DNA of 64,000 nucleotides from Bdellovibrionales bacterium (GTDB lineage Bacteria; Bdellovibrionota; Bdellovibrionia; Bdellovibrionales; UBA1609): NCBI GenBank assembly GCA_050249195.1, contig JBFWQY010000020.1, positions 30,081 to 94,080 of the forward strand, read 5' to 3'. Shown piece by piece: positions 63,753 to 64,000 of this stretch (position 1 is its first letter; each line of letters starts with the position of its first letter). The notes under the pieces were generated by a model. It saw only the letters and a program-made list of their open reading frames with translations, ran no database searches and was not told where the DNA came from. The position numbers and the translations under genes were made by a program.

Positions 63753-64000
63753 TCTAAGCTCCTTTTGAAGATTCAATATTCTAGCTTGATCGCCCTTCCC
63801 AGTAGCCAACTGCAACGCATATGCCACCATTACGTCGCCCGACAAACTTTCGATATTGATTTCAGCTTTTTCTGCGGACACGAATCCCGCTCAAAACATT
63901 GACAACAGCCTGACTTTTACCGGCCCTGTACATACCGAGCGGTTCTATGTCGCCGTTTCAGGAAGATTGCTCGTGGAGGGCTAATCTCTCATCGCTCGCC

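Overview
This is a 64 kb bacterial chromosomal segment. The lipobox lipoproteins suggest a Gram-negative host, but the taxon cannot be determined here. All calls rest on reading the sequence and the ORF track by eye; no searches were run.

Layout:
(a) 1-5.2 kb is housekeeping: the N-terminal fragment of a LiuB/MccB-type carboxyltransferase, a TPMT-like methyltransferase, RNase P RNA with its terminator, a HAD hydrolase and a tRNA with anticodon CAT.
(b) 5.24-26.9 kb is a tRNA-integrated island of about 21.6 kb. It is bounded by a 16-bp direct repeat of the tRNA 3' end. It carries a tyrosine integrase, an excisionase-type HTH protein, a serine recombinase, four tandem paralogous small genes, an XRE-ImmA fusion, and a phage-like gene split by an intact IS66 element with an 8-bp target duplication.
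(c) 26.9-34.1 kb is a decay zone. It holds an IS110 transposase frameshifted in an A9 run, ISL3 fragments, a HigA-like remnant, a propeller/B-lectin gene with one in-frame TAA, a frameshifted TraB/GumN gene and an FGE-like remnant.
(d) 34.2-38.9 kb holds a 1284-aa secreted protein with a transglutaminase-like Cys-His-Asp core, followed by a GH108 muramidase.
(e) 38,975-58,522 on the minus strand is the main system: a complete, tightly coupled 20-gene extracellular contractile injection system (eCIS/PLTS-type). It runs from an AAA+ ATPase and a DUF4255 protein through two sheaths, two tubes, an assembly chaperone, a tape-measure-like protein, a LysM protein, gpD, spike, PAAR, gp25 and baseplate proteins to a fibre. 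It ends in a 1058-aa DUF4157/HExxH protein with hydrophobic helices, which is the candidate cargo.
(f) 58.5-62.4 kb holds a 12-unit pentanucleotide array rich in GANTC, a hybrid histidine kinase and a TPR/winged-helix regulator next to the eCIS promoter region.
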